Source: Gemmatimonadales bacterium (lineage in GTDB: Bacteria; Gemmatimonadota; Gemmatimonadetes; Gemmatimonadales; GWC2-71-9). From it: a stretch of 64,000 nucleotides of DNA. The position numbers were made by a program, and so were the translations under genes. This document shows positions 49,579 to 62,778 of the stretch, piece by piece. Position 1 is the stretch's first letter. Each line of letters starts with the position of its first letter. Below the pieces are notes generated by a model that had not been told where the DNA came from, ran no database searches, and saw nothing but the letters and a program-made list of their open reading frames with translations. Location of the stretch: assembly GCA_039794085.1 (NCBI GenBank), contig JBDIWC010000015.1, forward strand, positions 1-64,000, in the 5' to 3' direction.

Positions 49579-49872
49579 CTACTTCTTGGCCTTGTTCACC
49601 AGGTCCTTGAGGCCCTTGCCCGGACGGAAGGCCGGAACCACGGACGCCTTGATCTTGATGGCCTTGCCGGTGCGCGGGTTGCGGCCTTCGCGCGCGGCCC
49701 GCTTGCGGGTCTCGAAGTTTCCGAAGCCCGTAATCTGGATCTTGCCGCCCTTCTTGAGTTCACCTGCGATGATGCCGGTGGTGGCGAAGAAGGCGTCGAT
49801 GATCTCGCCCGCCTGCGCCTTCGAGGTCTCCAGCTTCTTCGCGACCGCTTCGACCAGCTCCTGTTTGTTCAT
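49579..49872 (-). CDS. hup: HU family DNA-binding protein
   Basis: MNKQELVEAVA, IQITGFGNF, R.AREGRNPRTG, PAFRPGKGLKD. GAGGAG RBS. Confidence 0.97.
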   Translation of the reverse strand: MNKQELVEAVAKKLETSKAQAGEIIDAFFATTGIIAGELKKGGKIQITGFGNFETRKRAAREGRNPRTGKAIKIKASVVPAFRPGKGLKDLVNKAKK

Positions 49873-49988
49873 GCCCCTCTCCTCTGGTGGATGTGACTGG
49901 GGGACTGCCGCGCCCCGAAGATGGCGCGTACCGGCCACAATATGGGGGTCAGGCGGGAAAAACCGCAAGATCTTTCGGGTTTCTTGCC

Positions 49989-50017
49989 TTGACCCCCGGC
50001 AACCGGGCCGCTAGACT
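49989..50017 (+). promoter_or_regulatory. Putative sigma70 promoter of tdk-coaE
   Basis: TTGACC-17 nt-TAGACT. Confidence 0.6.
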
Positions 50018-50052
50018 CGATTCCTGAGAACCCCCAGAACGAGTCCCTCCCC

Positions 50053-50658
50053 ATGCATCTCCGCGCCCGGCCCGGGTCCATCGAAGTCATTGCCGGCGTG
50101 ATGTTCAGCGGCAAGAGCGAGGAGCTCATCCGACGCGTCCGGCGGGCGGTCATCGCACGTCAACGGGTTCAGGTTTTCAAGTCACACCTCGACGAGCGCT
50201 ACACCGGCCTGCACCATGTGGCGAGTCACAACGGCACCGCCATCGCGGCGCTCCCGGTGCAATCCGCCGCCGACATCATGCGGCTGGTCCTGGCCGAGAC
50301 GGAGGTGCTCGGAGTGGACGAGGCCCAGTTCCTCGATGCCGGCATCGTGGAGGTGGCCACCGAGCTGGCCCACCGAGGAGTGCGGGTTCTTCTGGCCGGG
50401 ACCGACACCGACTTCCGGGGCGAGCCGTTCGGCGCGATGGGCACTCTCATGGCCATCGCGGACAGCGTGGACAAACTGAACGCCATCTGCCTGGTCTGCG
50501 GACAGCCGGCCTCGCGGAACCAGCGGTTGGTGGACGGCCGGCCGGCGCGGTACGACAGCCCGACGATCCTGGTCGGGGGCAGCGAGAGCTACGAAGCCCG
50601 TTGCCGGCACTGCCATCGGGTGCCCCGTCGCGATGAGGACCAGACCGCGCTCCTCTGA
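50053..50658 (+). CDS. tdk: Thymidine kinase
   Basis: [47 protein letters not shown]. Confidence 0.97.
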   Translation: MHLRARPGSIEVIAGVMFSGKSEELIRRVRRAVIARQRVQVFKSHLDERYTGLHHVASHNGTAIAALPVQSAADIMRLVLAETEVLGVDEAQFLDAGIVEVATELAHRGVRVLLAGTDTDFRGEPFGAMGTLMAIADSVDKLNAICLVCGQPASRNQRLVDGRPARYDSPTILVGGSESYEARCRHCHRVPRRDEDQTALL

Positions 50659-50684
50659 GCCGTCCTCCGCGGTCGACCCCCTCC

Positions 50685-51296
50685 ATGCTCTCCGTCGCGC
50701 TCACCGGGAATGCCGCCGCGGGCAAGTCCACGGTGGCCCGCTGGTTCACCGAGTGGGGTGCGACTCTCCTCGACGCCGACGCCATCGTCCGGGAGCTGCA
50801 GGAGCCGGGAACGGACGTGCACGCGGCGATCGTCGCCCACTTCGGCCCCGGCATCCTTGACGCCACGGGAGCCCTCCGGCGGGAGATTCTCCGGCACCGG
50901 GTTCTCGACTCCGCCGCCGACCGCGCCGCTCTCGAAGCGTTGGTGCATCCGGCGGTGCGACAGGTCACCGCCGCGCGAATGGCGGAGGCCCGCCGACGGG
51001 GCAATGCGATCGTGGTGACGGAGATCCCTCTCCTTTTCGAAACGGGACAGGAGCACCGCTTCGATCGCGTGGTGATGGTGGATGCACCTCCCGAGGTGCG
51101 ACGGGCCCGGCTCGTCGCGGAGCGCCTCCTCTCCCCCGAGGCGGCCGACCGCCTGATGGCAACCCAGCGGCCCGCCGCCACGACGCGCGCGGCCTGCGAC
51201 TTCGTGATCGACAACGACTCTGACCGGGACGCTCTGCGGCACCGGGCCCGCGCCGTCTGGGACACCCTCCTCCGCGAAGCCGGGGCCACCGCTTGA
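50685..51296 (+). CDS. coaE: Dephospho-CoA kinase
   Basis: VALTGNAAAGKST, LDADAIVRE, LEALVHPAV, EIPLLFE, DFVIDN. Confidence 0.95.
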   Translation: MLSVALTGNAAAGKSTVARWFTEWGATLLDADAIVRELQEPGTDVHAAIVAHFGPGILDATGALRREILRHRVLDSAADRAALEALVHPAVRQVTAARMAEARRRGNAIVVTEIPLLFETGQEHRFDRVVMVDAPPEVRRARLVAERLLSPEAADRLMATQRPAATTRAACDFVIDNDSDRDALRHRARAVWDTLLREAGATA

Positions 51297-51321
51297 CCCG
51301 GCGTTCCCGCCCACCTATCCT
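51293..51321 (+). promoter_or_regulatory. Putative sigma70 promoter of gcvH-gcvP
   Basis: TTGACC-17 nt-TATCCT, followed by a GGAGG RBS. Confidence 0.6.
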
Positions 51322-51348
51322 CAAGCGCAACTCATCTGGAGGCGTTTG

Positions 51349-51738
51349 GTGGCGAACATTCCCGACGATCTGACCTACACCGCCGAGCACGAGTATCTCC
51401 GCCCCACGGGCGACGCCGGTGTCTTCGAGGTCGGCATTACCGACTTTGCCCAGGGCGAACTTGGCGATATCGTGTTCGTCAACCTGCCCGCCGTGGGCGA
51501 CACCTTCGCCGCGAACGGTTCCTTCGGGACTGTCGAGGCGGTCAAGGCCGTCTCCGATCTCTACTGTCCCGTGGCCGGGGAGATCGTGGCCATCAATGAC
51601 GCACTCGATGCCGATCCGGCGGTCATCAACAAGGACCCTTACGGCGCCGGCTGGATGATCCGGCTCCGTGCCGACAACCCCGCCGACGCCTCGGGCCTGC
51701 TCGACGCCGCGGCGTACCGGGCACACATCGGCGCCTGA
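51349..51738 (+). CDS. gcvH: Glycine cleavage system H protein
   Basis: [23 protein letters not shown], lipoyl-Lys motif [18 protein letters not shown]. Confidence 0.97.
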   Translation: MANIPDDLTYTAEHEYLRPTGDAGVFEVGITDFAQGELGDIVFVNLPAVGDTFAANGSFGTVEAVKAVSDLYCPVAGEIVAINDALDADPAVINKDPYGAGWMIRLRADNPADASGLLDAAAYRAHIGA

Positions 51739-51829
51739 TCACCCCGTCTCCCGAGCATCTCGCCATGTTCCGCATGCCCCGGGTGGTCTCGCCGCCGGGG
51801 CATGTTTCGTTTTCACGGAAGACCTCATC

Positions 51830-54692
<2,863 letters not shown>

Positions 54693-54706
<14 letters not shown>

Positions 54707-55514
54707 GTGGTGGCTCTGGCGGGACGGGCCCCGCGCGGGCCCGGACAACATGGCGATCGACCAGACCCTGCTGGAACGCGCGGGGGATGCGGGCATGGCC
54801 GTGCTTCGGCTCTACGCCTGGGATCCCCCCTGCCTCTCCTTCGGGGCCCATGAACCGGCCACCCGCCGGTACGACCGGGCCCGGATCGCCGCCTTGGAGC
54901 TTCCCTGCGTTCGGCGCCCGACCGGAGGCCGCGCCGTGTACCACCACGGGGAACTGACCTACTCGCTCGCCAGCCCGCTGGAGCGCTTCGGGTCGCTCCG
55001 GTCGGCCTATCAGGAGATTCACTCCATGCTCGCGGAGTCCCTCCGGTCGGTGGGCATCGCCGCCACCCTCGCGCCAACAGGGGGACCGGTTCCCGGAGTC
55101 GCGGCAGGTCCCTGTTTCGATGCGGCCGTGGGGGGCGAAGTGCTGGTGAGGGGAAGGAAGCTCATCGGGAGTGCCCAGGTTCGCACCCGCACTGCACTGC
55201 TCCAGCATGGCTCTCTCCTCCTGCACGACGACCAGACGCTGGTGCGCGAACTCGCGGCCGGAGACGGATCGACTCCCGGCTGCCTCCCCCCTCCGAACCC
55301 TGCCACCCTGGAATCACTCCGAGCCGAGAGAGTCCAGGCCGGGCCAACCGATCAACCGGAGGACACCTGGGAACTCATGGCCACCGCCATCGCCGAGACC
55401 GCCCCGCGGACCTGGCCCGGACGATGGCGGCCGCTCGACCCCGCTCCTGTCCTCCGGGATGCCACCCGGCGCCTCTCCCGGTTTTCCGACCCGGCGTGGA
55501 CCTGGGGACGATGA
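54693..55514 (+). CDS. Lipoate-protein ligase / octanoyltransferase (LipM-like)
   Basis: [45 protein letters not shown]. Confidence 0.9.
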
Positions 55515-55519
55515 ACCCG

Positions 55520-55715
55520 GTTTGTCCGTGCGGGGGTGTCGCCGATGATGACCAACTCGGCTCCCCGGGGACAGTACCCGAGCCGCGGCTCCGCCCGCGA
55601 GGTGGCGATCCTCGGGAGGGCGTCGCGCCGGGCATGATCCGACCCGTACGCGCCGACCGCACCCGGGCCGGGGCGAGTCCCACCGCGCGCAGCTTCCGGT
55701 CGGCGCCCCGCGCCT
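55520..55715 (-). pseudogene. Frameshifted internal fragment of a HAD-family hydrolase
   Basis: One frame reads ARGADRKLRAVGLAPARV and another continues GAYGSDHARRDALPRIA..ELVIIGDTPA (HAD motif IV). Confidence 0.65.
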
Positions 55716-55729
55716 CCCCTCCCCGATTC

Positions 55730-55910
55730 AACCACAGAGAACACAGAGGACGCAGAGGGTTGACGGTATCCGCGACACGCTCCTCGTCTCGGTTGGCGGG
55801 CGTCGACAGGATGGCCCCCCCCCCACAAAACATCCGAACCTCGGCGCGCGAGACACGGAGCACTGGACATCACACGGAGACCCTCTGTGACCTCCGTGTT
55901 CTCTGTGGTG
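55730..55910. repeat. Inverted 9-nt-periodic arms (AACCACAGAGAACACAGAGGACGCAGAG / CTCTGTGACCTCCGTGTTCTCTGTGGTG)
   Basis: Arms at 55730-55757 and 55883-55910, the same type as 6765-6932. Confidence 0.82.
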
Positions 55911-56003
55911 ATTCCTTCCCGCCTTACCCAATCCCGTGGGCCCGGGTCGCGCACCGCGGGCCTTTCACGTATCTTGGAGGGATCCCTCAACACCGTCTGC
56001 GCC

Positions 56004-57644
56004 ATGCCACCGTTCGTGACCCGCGCCCTCGTCCTGAGTCTCCTGACCACCGCCACCCTGAACGGGCAGGTTCCCGGGGAGCAGGGGACGATGGTCATCG
56101 TGGTCGGCCAGGAGGGATCTCTGCCCATCCCCACCCTGATTTCCGGCACCGCCAACCGCGACGTGGCCGATCTGCTCTTTCTCCGGCTCGCCGAACTCGG
56201 GCCCGCTCTCACCACCCGCGGCGACACCGGATTCGAACCCCGGCTCGCCCGGTCCTGGACCCGGCGAGACTCCCTTACCGTCGCCTTTGACCTCGACCCC
56301 CGGGCCCGATGGCACGATGGAACGCCCGTCACCTCCCGCGACGTGACGTTCAGTTTCGGCCGGTTCCGCGATCCCACCGTGTCCCCCCAGGTGGCCCAGG
56401 CGCTGCGCCATGTGAAGGAGGTCCGAACTGAGGGCATCCAACGCGTGGTCTTCACCTTCGACCGGGCCTACGGGGAGCAGGTCTACGATCTGATCCAGCA
56501 CGTTCAGATCCTTCCGGCGCACCTGCTGGCCAGCATCCCTCACTCCGCCCTCTCCTCCTCGGCCTTCGCCCGCGCACCGGTGGGAAGCGGTCCCTACCGG
56601 TGGGTCCGTCGCGATCCGGGGCGCCTGCTCGAACTGGCCGCGGTGCCGGAGTTCTTTCTCGGGGAACCGAAGATCAGGAGAGTGGTCTTCCTGCTCGCCC
56701 GCGACCCCGACGCCCAGCTCAATCTTCTTCTCGACGGCACGGGAGACGCCCTGCAGAACATCGCCGCCTCGGCGGTACCGCGGATCCGCCAGCGGGCCGG
56801 CCTGGAGGTGGTCCCCGTCCCCACCTTCTCGATCGGCTACCTGCTCTTCAACCTGAAGGCCCCCGGTGATCCCTCCCGGCCTCACCCCATTCTGGGGGAC
56901 CGCGAGGTCCGGCGAGCCCTTGCCCTCGCCACCGACCGCGAGACCCTGGTCCGCGCGGCCTTGGGGAACTTCGGGACGGTGCCCGAGGGTCCGGTGGCCC
57001 AGTTGCACTGGTTCCGCGATGCCACCGCCCGCGGGACCCCGTTCGACCCCTCGGCGGCCCGCCGCATTCTCTCCGAGCGGGGGTGGAGAGATACCGATGG
57101 AGACGGGATCGTCGACCGGAACGGAGTTCCTCTTGTGCTCCGCCTCAACTTTCCGGGCACCAATGTGATCCGTGGTGCCATGGCGCCCCTGATCCAGTCA
57201 CAATGGCGCGCCGTGGGTGTGCGCCTCGACCTGGTGCGTCTCGATGGACCGGTCTGGGCGGAGCGGCGGAATCGCGGGGAGTTCGAGGTGGATTTTTCCC
57301 AGGGCGCCTTCGACCCGTCGCCGATGACCCTGAATCAGGGGTTCTCGTGCGCGGCCATCGGCGGAGCCAACGTGGGCGGCTACTGCAACCCCGCGCTCGA
57401 CTCCCTGATTGCCCGCACCGCGGCGATGCCGGAACCGGGAGCCGCCGAGTGGCAGCGCGTGGTGCGCCAGATCGTGGACGACGCGCCCGCCGTCTTCGTG
57501 TACGCCCTCACCAATGCCATGGTCATGCACCAACGGTTTCAGCGCACCCGGATCCCCCCCACGAGCTACTGGTCCGACATCTGGCGTTGGTCGGTCCGCC
57601 CGGGCCGCCAGCTTTCCCGCGATCGCGACCAGGACCGCCGGTGA
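56004..57644 (+). CDS. Peptide ABC transporter substrate-binding protein (family 5)
   Basis: PRLARSW, RWHDGTPVTSRDVTFSF, PVGSGPYR, DREVRRALALATDRE, GWRDTDGDGI. Confidence 0.92.
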   Translation: MPPFVTRALVLSLLTTATLNGQVPGEQGTMVIVVGQEGSLPIPTLISGTANRDVADLLFLRLAELGPALTTRGDTGFEPRLARSWTRRDSLTVAFDLDPRARWHDGTPVTSRDVTFSFGRFRDPTVSPQVAQALRHVKEVRTEGIQRVVFTFDRAYGEQVYDLIQHVQILPAHLLASIPHSALSSSAFARAPVGSGPYRWVRRDPGRLLELAAVPEFFLGEPKIRRVVFLLARDPDAQLNLLLDGTGDALQNIAASAVPRIRQRAGLEVVPVPTFSIGYLLFNLKAPGDPSRPHPILGDREVRRALALATDRETLVRAALGNFGTVPEGPVAQLHWFRDATARGTPFDPSAARRILSERGWRDTDGDGIVDRNGVPLVLRLNFPGTNVIRGAMAPLIQSQWRAVGVRLDLVRLDGPVWAERRNRGEFEVDFSQGAFDPSPMTLNQGFSCAAIGGANVGGYCNPALDSLIARTAAMPEPGAAEWQRVVRQIVDDAPAVFVYALTNAMVMHQRFQRTRIPPTSYWSDIWRWSVRPGRQLSRDRDQDRR

Positions 57645-58615
57645 CACGGTGGCTCGTCCGGCGCCTGACGCATGCGGCGGCCACTTTCCTGGTGGTGACG
57701 ATCCTGCTCTTTCTTCTCATGAGGCTCGCACCGGGTGATCCCCTGAGTCGGCTGGTGGACCAACAGCAGATGTCAGCCGACGAGATGGCGGTGCTCCGGG
57801 CCCGCTTCGGCCTGGATCAGCCCCTGGGCCGCCAGTTCCTGACGTTCATGACGGGGCTCCCCTCGGGCAATCTGGGCGTCTCCATCGAACACTACCCCGA
57901 CCGGGTGTCGACCCTCCTGCGCGAGCGGCTCGGCCCCTCCCTGTTGCTCGGGGGCGTCGTGCTGGTGCTCAATTTCACGCTCGGCATCTGGCTCGGGGTG
58001 CTGCAGGCCACGCACCGCGGATCCCGGCTCGACCGGTGGCTCACCCGCCTCTCCCTGACCGGATATTCCCTCCCCAGCTTCTGGCTCGCCCTGATGCTGG
58101 TGGCCCTGGTGAGCCTCCAGTGGGATCTCCTTCCCGCCGCGCAGATGACCGACCCCCTGCTGAGCGCCGAGGCGCCGTGGTGGGAGAGAACAGCGGACAT
58201 CGGCCGGCACCTCATCCTTCCCGCCCTGACCCTCAGCATCGTCAGTCTCGCCACCACCATGCGGTACCAGCGCACCGCGATGCTGGAGGTGATGCGACTC
58301 GATTTCGTGCGGGCCGCCTCCGCCCGGGGGCTCTCCGCCACCCGGGTCCGCTGGCGTCATGCCTGGCGCAACGCTCTCTTCCCGCTCCTCACCCTCCTCG
58401 GGCTCTGGCTCCCCTTTCTGGTGACGGGCTCGGTCTTTGTCGAGGCGATCTTCAACTGGCCGGGAATCGGGTCCCTTGCGGCCGAAGCGATTCTGGGACG
58501 GGATTATCCGTTGCTGCAGGGAACCGCCATGCTCGCCGCCGCACTGGTGCTTACCGGCAACCTCCTTGCCGATCTCGGGCATCTCCTCCTCGATCCCCGG
58601 ACCCGCACCGCATGA
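57641..58615 (+). CDS. Peptide ABC transporter permease (OppB/DppB)
   Basis: LAPGDP, FGLDQPL, LILPALTL, DFVRAASARGL, HAWRNAL, RDYPLLQG. Confidence 0.93.
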   Translation: MTRWLVRRLTHAAATFLVVTILLFLLMRLAPGDPLSRLVDQQQMSADEMAVLRARFGLDQPLGRQFLTFMTGLPSGNLGVSIEHYPDRVSTLLRERLGPSLLLGGVVLVLNFTLGIWLGVLQATHRGSRLDRWLTRLSLTGYSLPSFWLALMLVALVSLQWDLLPAAQMTDPLLSAEAPWWERTADIGRHLILPALTLSIVSLATTMRYQRTAMLEVMRLDFVRAASARGLSATRVRWRHAWRNALFPLLTLLGLWLPFLVTGSVFVEAIFNWPGIGSLAAEAILGRDYPLLQGTAMLAAALVLTGNLLADLGHLLLDPRTRTA

Positions 58616-59454
58616 CCGGCGCGATCCTCGATACCATTCGAACCGCCTGGCGGAGCCCGAGTGGTCGGGCGGGGCTCCTGATCCTGGGGCTTCTGGTGGC
58701 AACCGCCATCCTGGCCCCTCCCCTGCTTCCCGATCCCCTGGCCACGCCCGATCCCATCGCCGGGGCCACTCCTCCCGCGCTGGCGCACCCGTTCGGGACC
58801 GACCCCTTGAGCCGGGACATCCTCGCGCGCGTGGTGGCCGGGGCCCGGGTGAGTCTGAGCGTCGCCGGGCTCGGGGTAATCATCGCTCTCACCACCGGCG
58901 CCCTGGTTGGCCTCGTGGCGGGGCATGTCGGAGGGCTCACCGATACCATTCTCATGCGGACGGTGGACGGTGCGATGGCCATTCCCCGGCTCTTCGCCCT
59001 TCTCCTCCTCACGCTCGCCTGGGAGCGCATTCCCCTCGGCGCCCTCATCCTCGTCATCGGCGCCACGGGATGGTTCGGCACCAGCCGGCTGGTGCGCGGC
59101 GAGGTGCTCCGCCTCCGGGGCGCCGGCCACATCACCGCGGCACGCGCCCTGGGGGCCGGTTCCTGGCGCCTCATCACCCGACACCTGCTGCCCAACACCA
59201 CGGGGCCTCTTCTCGTGGCGGCCACTCTGGGGGTGGGAGAGGTGATCCTCCTCGAGGCCGGCCTCTCCTTTCTCGGGGTCGGCGTACAGCCCCCGACTCC
59301 GTCGTGGGGAGGGATGATCCTCGATGCCCGCCCCGTGCTCCTCACCGCCCCCTGGGCCTCCCTCTTTCCGGGTCTTGCCATCGTGATCACCGTGCTGGCC
59401 GTCAACCTGGTGGGCGACGCCCTCCGCGCCGCCTTCGACCCCAGGAGCGCATAG
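58612..59454 (+). CDS. Peptide ABC transporter permease (OppC/DppC)
   Basis: HPFGTD.LSRDI.ARV..GARVSL, AARALGA, HLLPN, LSFLGVG.QPPTPSWG. Confidence 0.93.
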   Translation: MTGAILDTIRTAWRSPSGRAGLLILGLLVATAILAPPLLPDPLATPDPIAGATPPALAHPFGTDPLSRDILARVVAGARVSLSVAGLGVIIALTTGALVGLVAGHVGGLTDTILMRTVDGAMAIPRLFALLLLTLAWERIPLGALILVIGATGWFGTSRLVRGEVLRLRGAGHITAARALGAGSWRLITRHLLPNTTGPLLVAATLGVGEVILLEAGLSFLGVGVQPPTPSWGGMILDARPVLLTAPWASLFPGLAIVITVLAVNLVGDALRAAFDPRSA

Positions 59455-60420
59455 ATGCTTACGGTGCGCAACCTGCGAGTGGGGTTTCACCTGGGCGGTA
59501 CGCTGGTGACCCCGGTGGACGGGGTTTCCTTCGACATCGCGCGCGGGGAAACCCTGGCCCTGGTCGGCGAGTCGGGATGCGGAAAGAGCCTGACCAGCCT
59601 GGCGCTCCTCCGTCTCCTTCCTCCTCCGGGAGAGATCCTGTCCGGCAGCGAGATCCGTCTGGACGGGGAGGACATCCTCGCCCTGAAGGCCCCCGCCCTC
59701 CGGGCCATCCGGGGCGGACGGATCGGGATGATTTTCCAGGATCCGATGACCAGTCTCAATCCGGTCCTCACCGTCGGGTCCCAGGTGGCCGAAGCGATCA
59801 CCGCGCACGAAAGAGTGGGACGGCAGCAGGTCCGGGAACGGGTGCTTGCTCTATTCGACGAGGTGGGGATCCCCGACCCTGCCGATCGCTACCGCGCCTA
59901 CCCGCACCAGCTGAGCGGCGGGCTGCGGCAGCGGGTCATGATCGCCATCGCCCTCGCCGCCCAACCCGATCTCCTTCTCGCCGATGAGCCCACCACGGCA
60001 CTCGATGTCACGGTGCAGGCCCAGATCCTGGAGTTGCTCGATCGTCTTCGGGAATCCCGCGGCATGGGGATTCTCCTCATCACCCACGACCTCGGCATCG
60101 TGGCCGGTCGTGCCGACCGCATCGCCGTGATGTACGCCGGGCAGATCGTCGAGGAGGGGACCACCGCCGCCGTCTTTGCGAATCCGGGCCATCCCTATAC
60201 CCGCGGACTCTTCGGGTCCATCCCGTCGCTCACCGGTCCCCGGGTGCGACTGTCACCCATTCCCGGAGTGGTTCCTCAACCCAATCGCTGGCCCTCCGGA
60301 TGCCGGTTCCACCCGCGATGCCCCGAGGTGATGGATCGGTGTGCCCGCGAGGCGCCGGTCGTCTCGACCCCCGCCCACGGCGGATCCTGCCGGTGCTGGC
60401 TCGTCACGGAGGACCCATGA
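59455..60420 (+). CDS. Peptide ABC transporter ATP-binding protein (OppD/DppD)
   Basis: [41 protein letters not shown]-terminal GCRFHPRC. Confidence 0.95.
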   Translation: MLTVRNLRVGFHLGGTLVTPVDGVSFDIARGETLALVGESGCGKSLTSLALLRLLPPPGEILSGSEIRLDGEDILALKAPALRAIRGGRIGMIFQDPMTSLNPVLTVGSQVAEAITAHERVGRQQVRERVLALFDEVGIPDPADRYRAYPHQLSGGLRQRVMIAIALAAQPDLLLADEPTTALDVTVQAQILELLDRLRESRGMGILLITHDLGIVAGRADRIAVMYAGQIVEEGTTAAVFANPGHPYTRGLFGSIPSLTGPRVRLSPIPGVVPQPNRWPSGCRFHPRCPEVMDRCAREAPVVSTPAHGGSCRCWLVTEDP

Positions 60421-61403
60421 CGAGCCCCACCCCCCTTCTGGCGGTCCGCGACCTGGTGAAGCACTATCGGAGCGGAGGGTGGCTCGCCGGACCATCGCGG
60501 ACGGTGCATGCGGTGAACGGCGTGAGTTTCGAGGTGGCACCCGGGGAAACTCTCGCGCTGGTGGGTGAATCGGGGTGCGGCAAGACCTCCGTGGGCCGCA
60601 CCGTGCTCCGGTTACAGGACCCGACGTCGGGGCAGGTTCTCTTCGAGGGCTCTGATCTCTTTGCACTCGACCGGCGAACCCTGCGCGCACTCCGGCGCCG
60701 GATGCAGATCATCTTCCAGGATCCCTACAGTTCACTCGACCCCCGCATGACGATCGGACGATCGGTGGGAGAGGGTCTGGAGATCCACCGTCTGGTTCCG
60801 GCCCGGGAGATCCCCGGACGGGTGGGGGATCTCCTGGCGGAGGTCGGTCTCGACCCCGACGCCGCGGGACGGTACCCTCACGAGTTCTCGGGAGGCCAGC
60901 GGCAGCGCATCGGGATCGCCCGGGCGCTGGCGGTCGAACCGGTGTTTCTCGTCTGTGATGAGCCGGTCTCGGCGCTCGACGTGTCGGTCCAGGCCCAGGT
61001 GCTCAATCTCCTCACCGACCTCCAGCGTGACCGGGGCCTCGCCTATCTCTTCATTGCCCATGATCTCGCGGTGGTCCGGCATGTGGCCCACCGGGTGGCG
61101 GTGATGTACCTGGGCCGGTTCATGGAGGTGGGGGAAACGGCGTCCCTCATCTCGTCGCCCCGTCACCCCTATACCCGGGCCCTCGTGTCCGCCGTGCCCG
61201 ACCCCGATCCCGGCCGCCAGTACACCCGCATCCTGCTTCCCGGGGACCCGCCAAGCGCCACCGTCCTACCCCCGGGATGTCCCTTCGCGGGCCGCTGCTA
61301 TCATCGGTTGAAGGACGCCCGGTGCACCTGCGAGCGCCCCGAGCTGCGGCCGGTGGGCGGGTCGCTGGTGGCGTGTCACTACGCTGAGGAGGAGCCGGTG
61401 TGA
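60417..61403 (+). CDS. Peptide ABC transporter ATP-binding protein (OppF/DppF)
   Basis: GESGCGKT, IFQDPYSSLDP, YPHEFSGGQRQR, CDEPVSALD, VACH. Confidence 0.95.
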   Translation: MTSPTPLLAVRDLVKHYRSGGWLAGPSRTVHAVNGVSFEVAPGETLALVGESGCGKTSVGRTVLRLQDPTSGQVLFEGSDLFALDRRTLRALRRRMQIIFQDPYSSLDPRMTIGRSVGEGLEIHRLVPAREIPGRVGDLLAEVGLDPDAAGRYPHEFSGGQRQRIGIARALAVEPVFLVCDEPVSALDVSVQAQVLNLLTDLQRDRGLAYLFIAHDLAVVRHVAHRVAVMYLGRFMEVGETASLISSPRHPYTRALVSAVPDPDPGRQYTRILLPGDPPSATVLPPGCPFAGRCYHRLKDARCTCERPELRPVGGSLVACHYAEEEPV

Positions 61404-61449
61404 CGCCTCCGCCCGCACTGGTCCATGGAGCCCAGGGCATCCCCGGGAC

Positions 61450-61680
61450 CGTCATTCCGGCGAAAGCCGGAATCCATGCTCAGTTTTCAGCTTTCAGTAT
61501 TCAGTTAGGGGCGGCTGAGTGCCGCACTGGAATCCGGGCCCTGTCATGCCCAACCCCGGGGGCGCTGGAACCACTCGTGTACGAGTATGGGTACGAGTAC
61601 GGGTACGTGCAGTACTCCGTCCTTCAGGACCCGTCACCGCAGGGGGCGTGGATCGGTTTCATCTGCGTCATCTGCGGTTC
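61450..61680. repeat. Composite intergenic repeat region
   Basis: CGTC-tagged palindrome cgtcattccggcgaaagccggaatcca (61450-61476), TTCAG heptamers (61480-61506), hexamer array tacgag/tatggg/tacgag/tacggg (~61580-61607), ATCTGCG 9-mer doublet (61661-61680). Confidence 0.75.
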
Positions 61681-61698
61681 CGCCAGAAAGGAAACATC

Positions 61699-62508
61699 AT
61701 GCCGACGGCACGACTGTGGCAGATCGACGCCTTCGCCGACCGCGTCTTCACCGGCAATCCCGCTGCGGTCTGTCTCCTCCCGCACGCGGTGCCCGACCTC
61801 TGGATGCAGCAACTCGCCGAGGAGATGAACCTGTCGGAGACGGCCTTCCTCCTCCCGGTCTCCGCGGGGAAATTCGGGCTCCGGTGGTTCACACCGACGA
61901 CCGAGGTGGACCTCTGCGGTCATGCCACCCTCGCCTCCGCCTGGGCCCTGGGCGATGCCTCCCTCGCGCCGCCGGATGCGCCGGTTCGATTTCTCACCCG
62001 CAGCGGGGTACTCACCGCCACGCGGGCAGCCGACGGACTCGTCTCCCTCGATTTCCCGGCGACACCCGTCGATCGCGAAGGCGACGAGGTCTCGGCCGCC
62101 CTGATCCGGGGTCTGGGAACGGACCGGTTCGAGGTGATCGGCCGCCATGAGGACATCCTGGTCTTCCTCCCCGGCGCGGCGGCACTCCGCGCGCTGCGAC
62201 CCGACATGACGGCGCTGGCCTCACTCGATGCACGCGGCATCATCGTCACCTCCGCGTCCGACACCGACGGGGTGGACTTCCTCTCGCGGTTTTTCGGACC
62301 CGCGGTCGGGGTGCCGGAGGACCCCGTGACCGGCTCGGCCCATTGCACCCTGGGCCCCTGGTGGGCGGCGCGCCTGGGCCGAAACCATCTGGTCGGCATG
62401 CAGGCGTCGCGCCGCGGGGGGCGGGTCGAGGTCCTCGTGAACGGTTCACGGGTGACCCTGCGCGGGACGGCGGTGCCGGTGTTCCGGACCTCGGTCGAGC
62501 TACCGTAA
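61699..62508 (+). CDS. PhzF family isomerase/epimerase
   Basis: QIDAF...FTGNPAAV, MNLSETAF, LRWFTP..EVDLCGHATLA, EDPVTGSAHC. AAGGA RBS. Confidence 0.93.
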   Translation: MPTARLWQIDAFADRVFTGNPAAVCLLPHAVPDLWMQQLAEEMNLSETAFLLPVSAGKFGLRWFTPTTEVDLCGHATLASAWALGDASLAPPDAPVRFLTRSGVLTATRAADGLVSLDFPATPVDREGDEVSAALIRGLGTDRFEVIGRHEDILVFLPGAAALRALRPDMTALASLDARGIIVTSASDTDGVDFLSRFFGPAVGVPEDPVTGSAHCTLGPWWAARLGRNHLVGMQASRRGGRVEVLVNGSRVTLRGTAVPVFRTSVELP

Positions 62509-62534
62509 TCGGGCTGGGTCCAAATGGAGGCCCA

Positions 62535-62736
62535 TTGTGGGTGCGCCGATTGGACACCTTGTGGGTGCGCCGATTGGACACCTTGTGGGTGCGCCGATTG
62601 GACACCTTGTGGGTGCGCCGCTTGCGGCGCACCAGAGGGGAAGCCCATTTCCTCGTTTCAGGGTGCGCCGCTTGCGGCGCACCAGAGGGGAAGCCCATTT
62701 CCTCGTTTCAGGGTGCGCCGCAAGCGGCGCACCCAC
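62535..62736. repeat. REP/BIME-like cluster: 3 x 24-bp half-REP units, 2 x 50-bp units, and a terminal inverted REP
   Basis: REP GTGGGTGCGCCGCTTGCGGCGCACC. The 24-bp unit TTGTGGGTGCGCCGATTGGACACC spans 62535-62606; cores recur with a 50-bp period at 62611, 62661 and 62711. Confidence 0.9.
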
Positions 62737-62778
62737 GGAAGGCAGCCGGAGGTTCTATCACCAGGGAGCAGGCACGGC

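Noticed and set aside
55525..55715. Possible 6S RNA or riboswitch (ends can pair, ~190 nt)
   Set aside because: The minus strand translates to recognisable HAD-hydrolase motifs across a frameshift, and pairing is easily obtained at this GC content. An Rfam scan would settle it.
61699..62508. Phenazine biosynthesis cluster
   Set aside because: Only a lone PhzF-family gene is present, with no other phz genes.
62535..62736. Possible CRISPR array
   Set aside because: The intervening sequences are identical rather than unique spacers, the last unit is inverted, and no cas genes are present. It fits a REP/BIME-like cluster.
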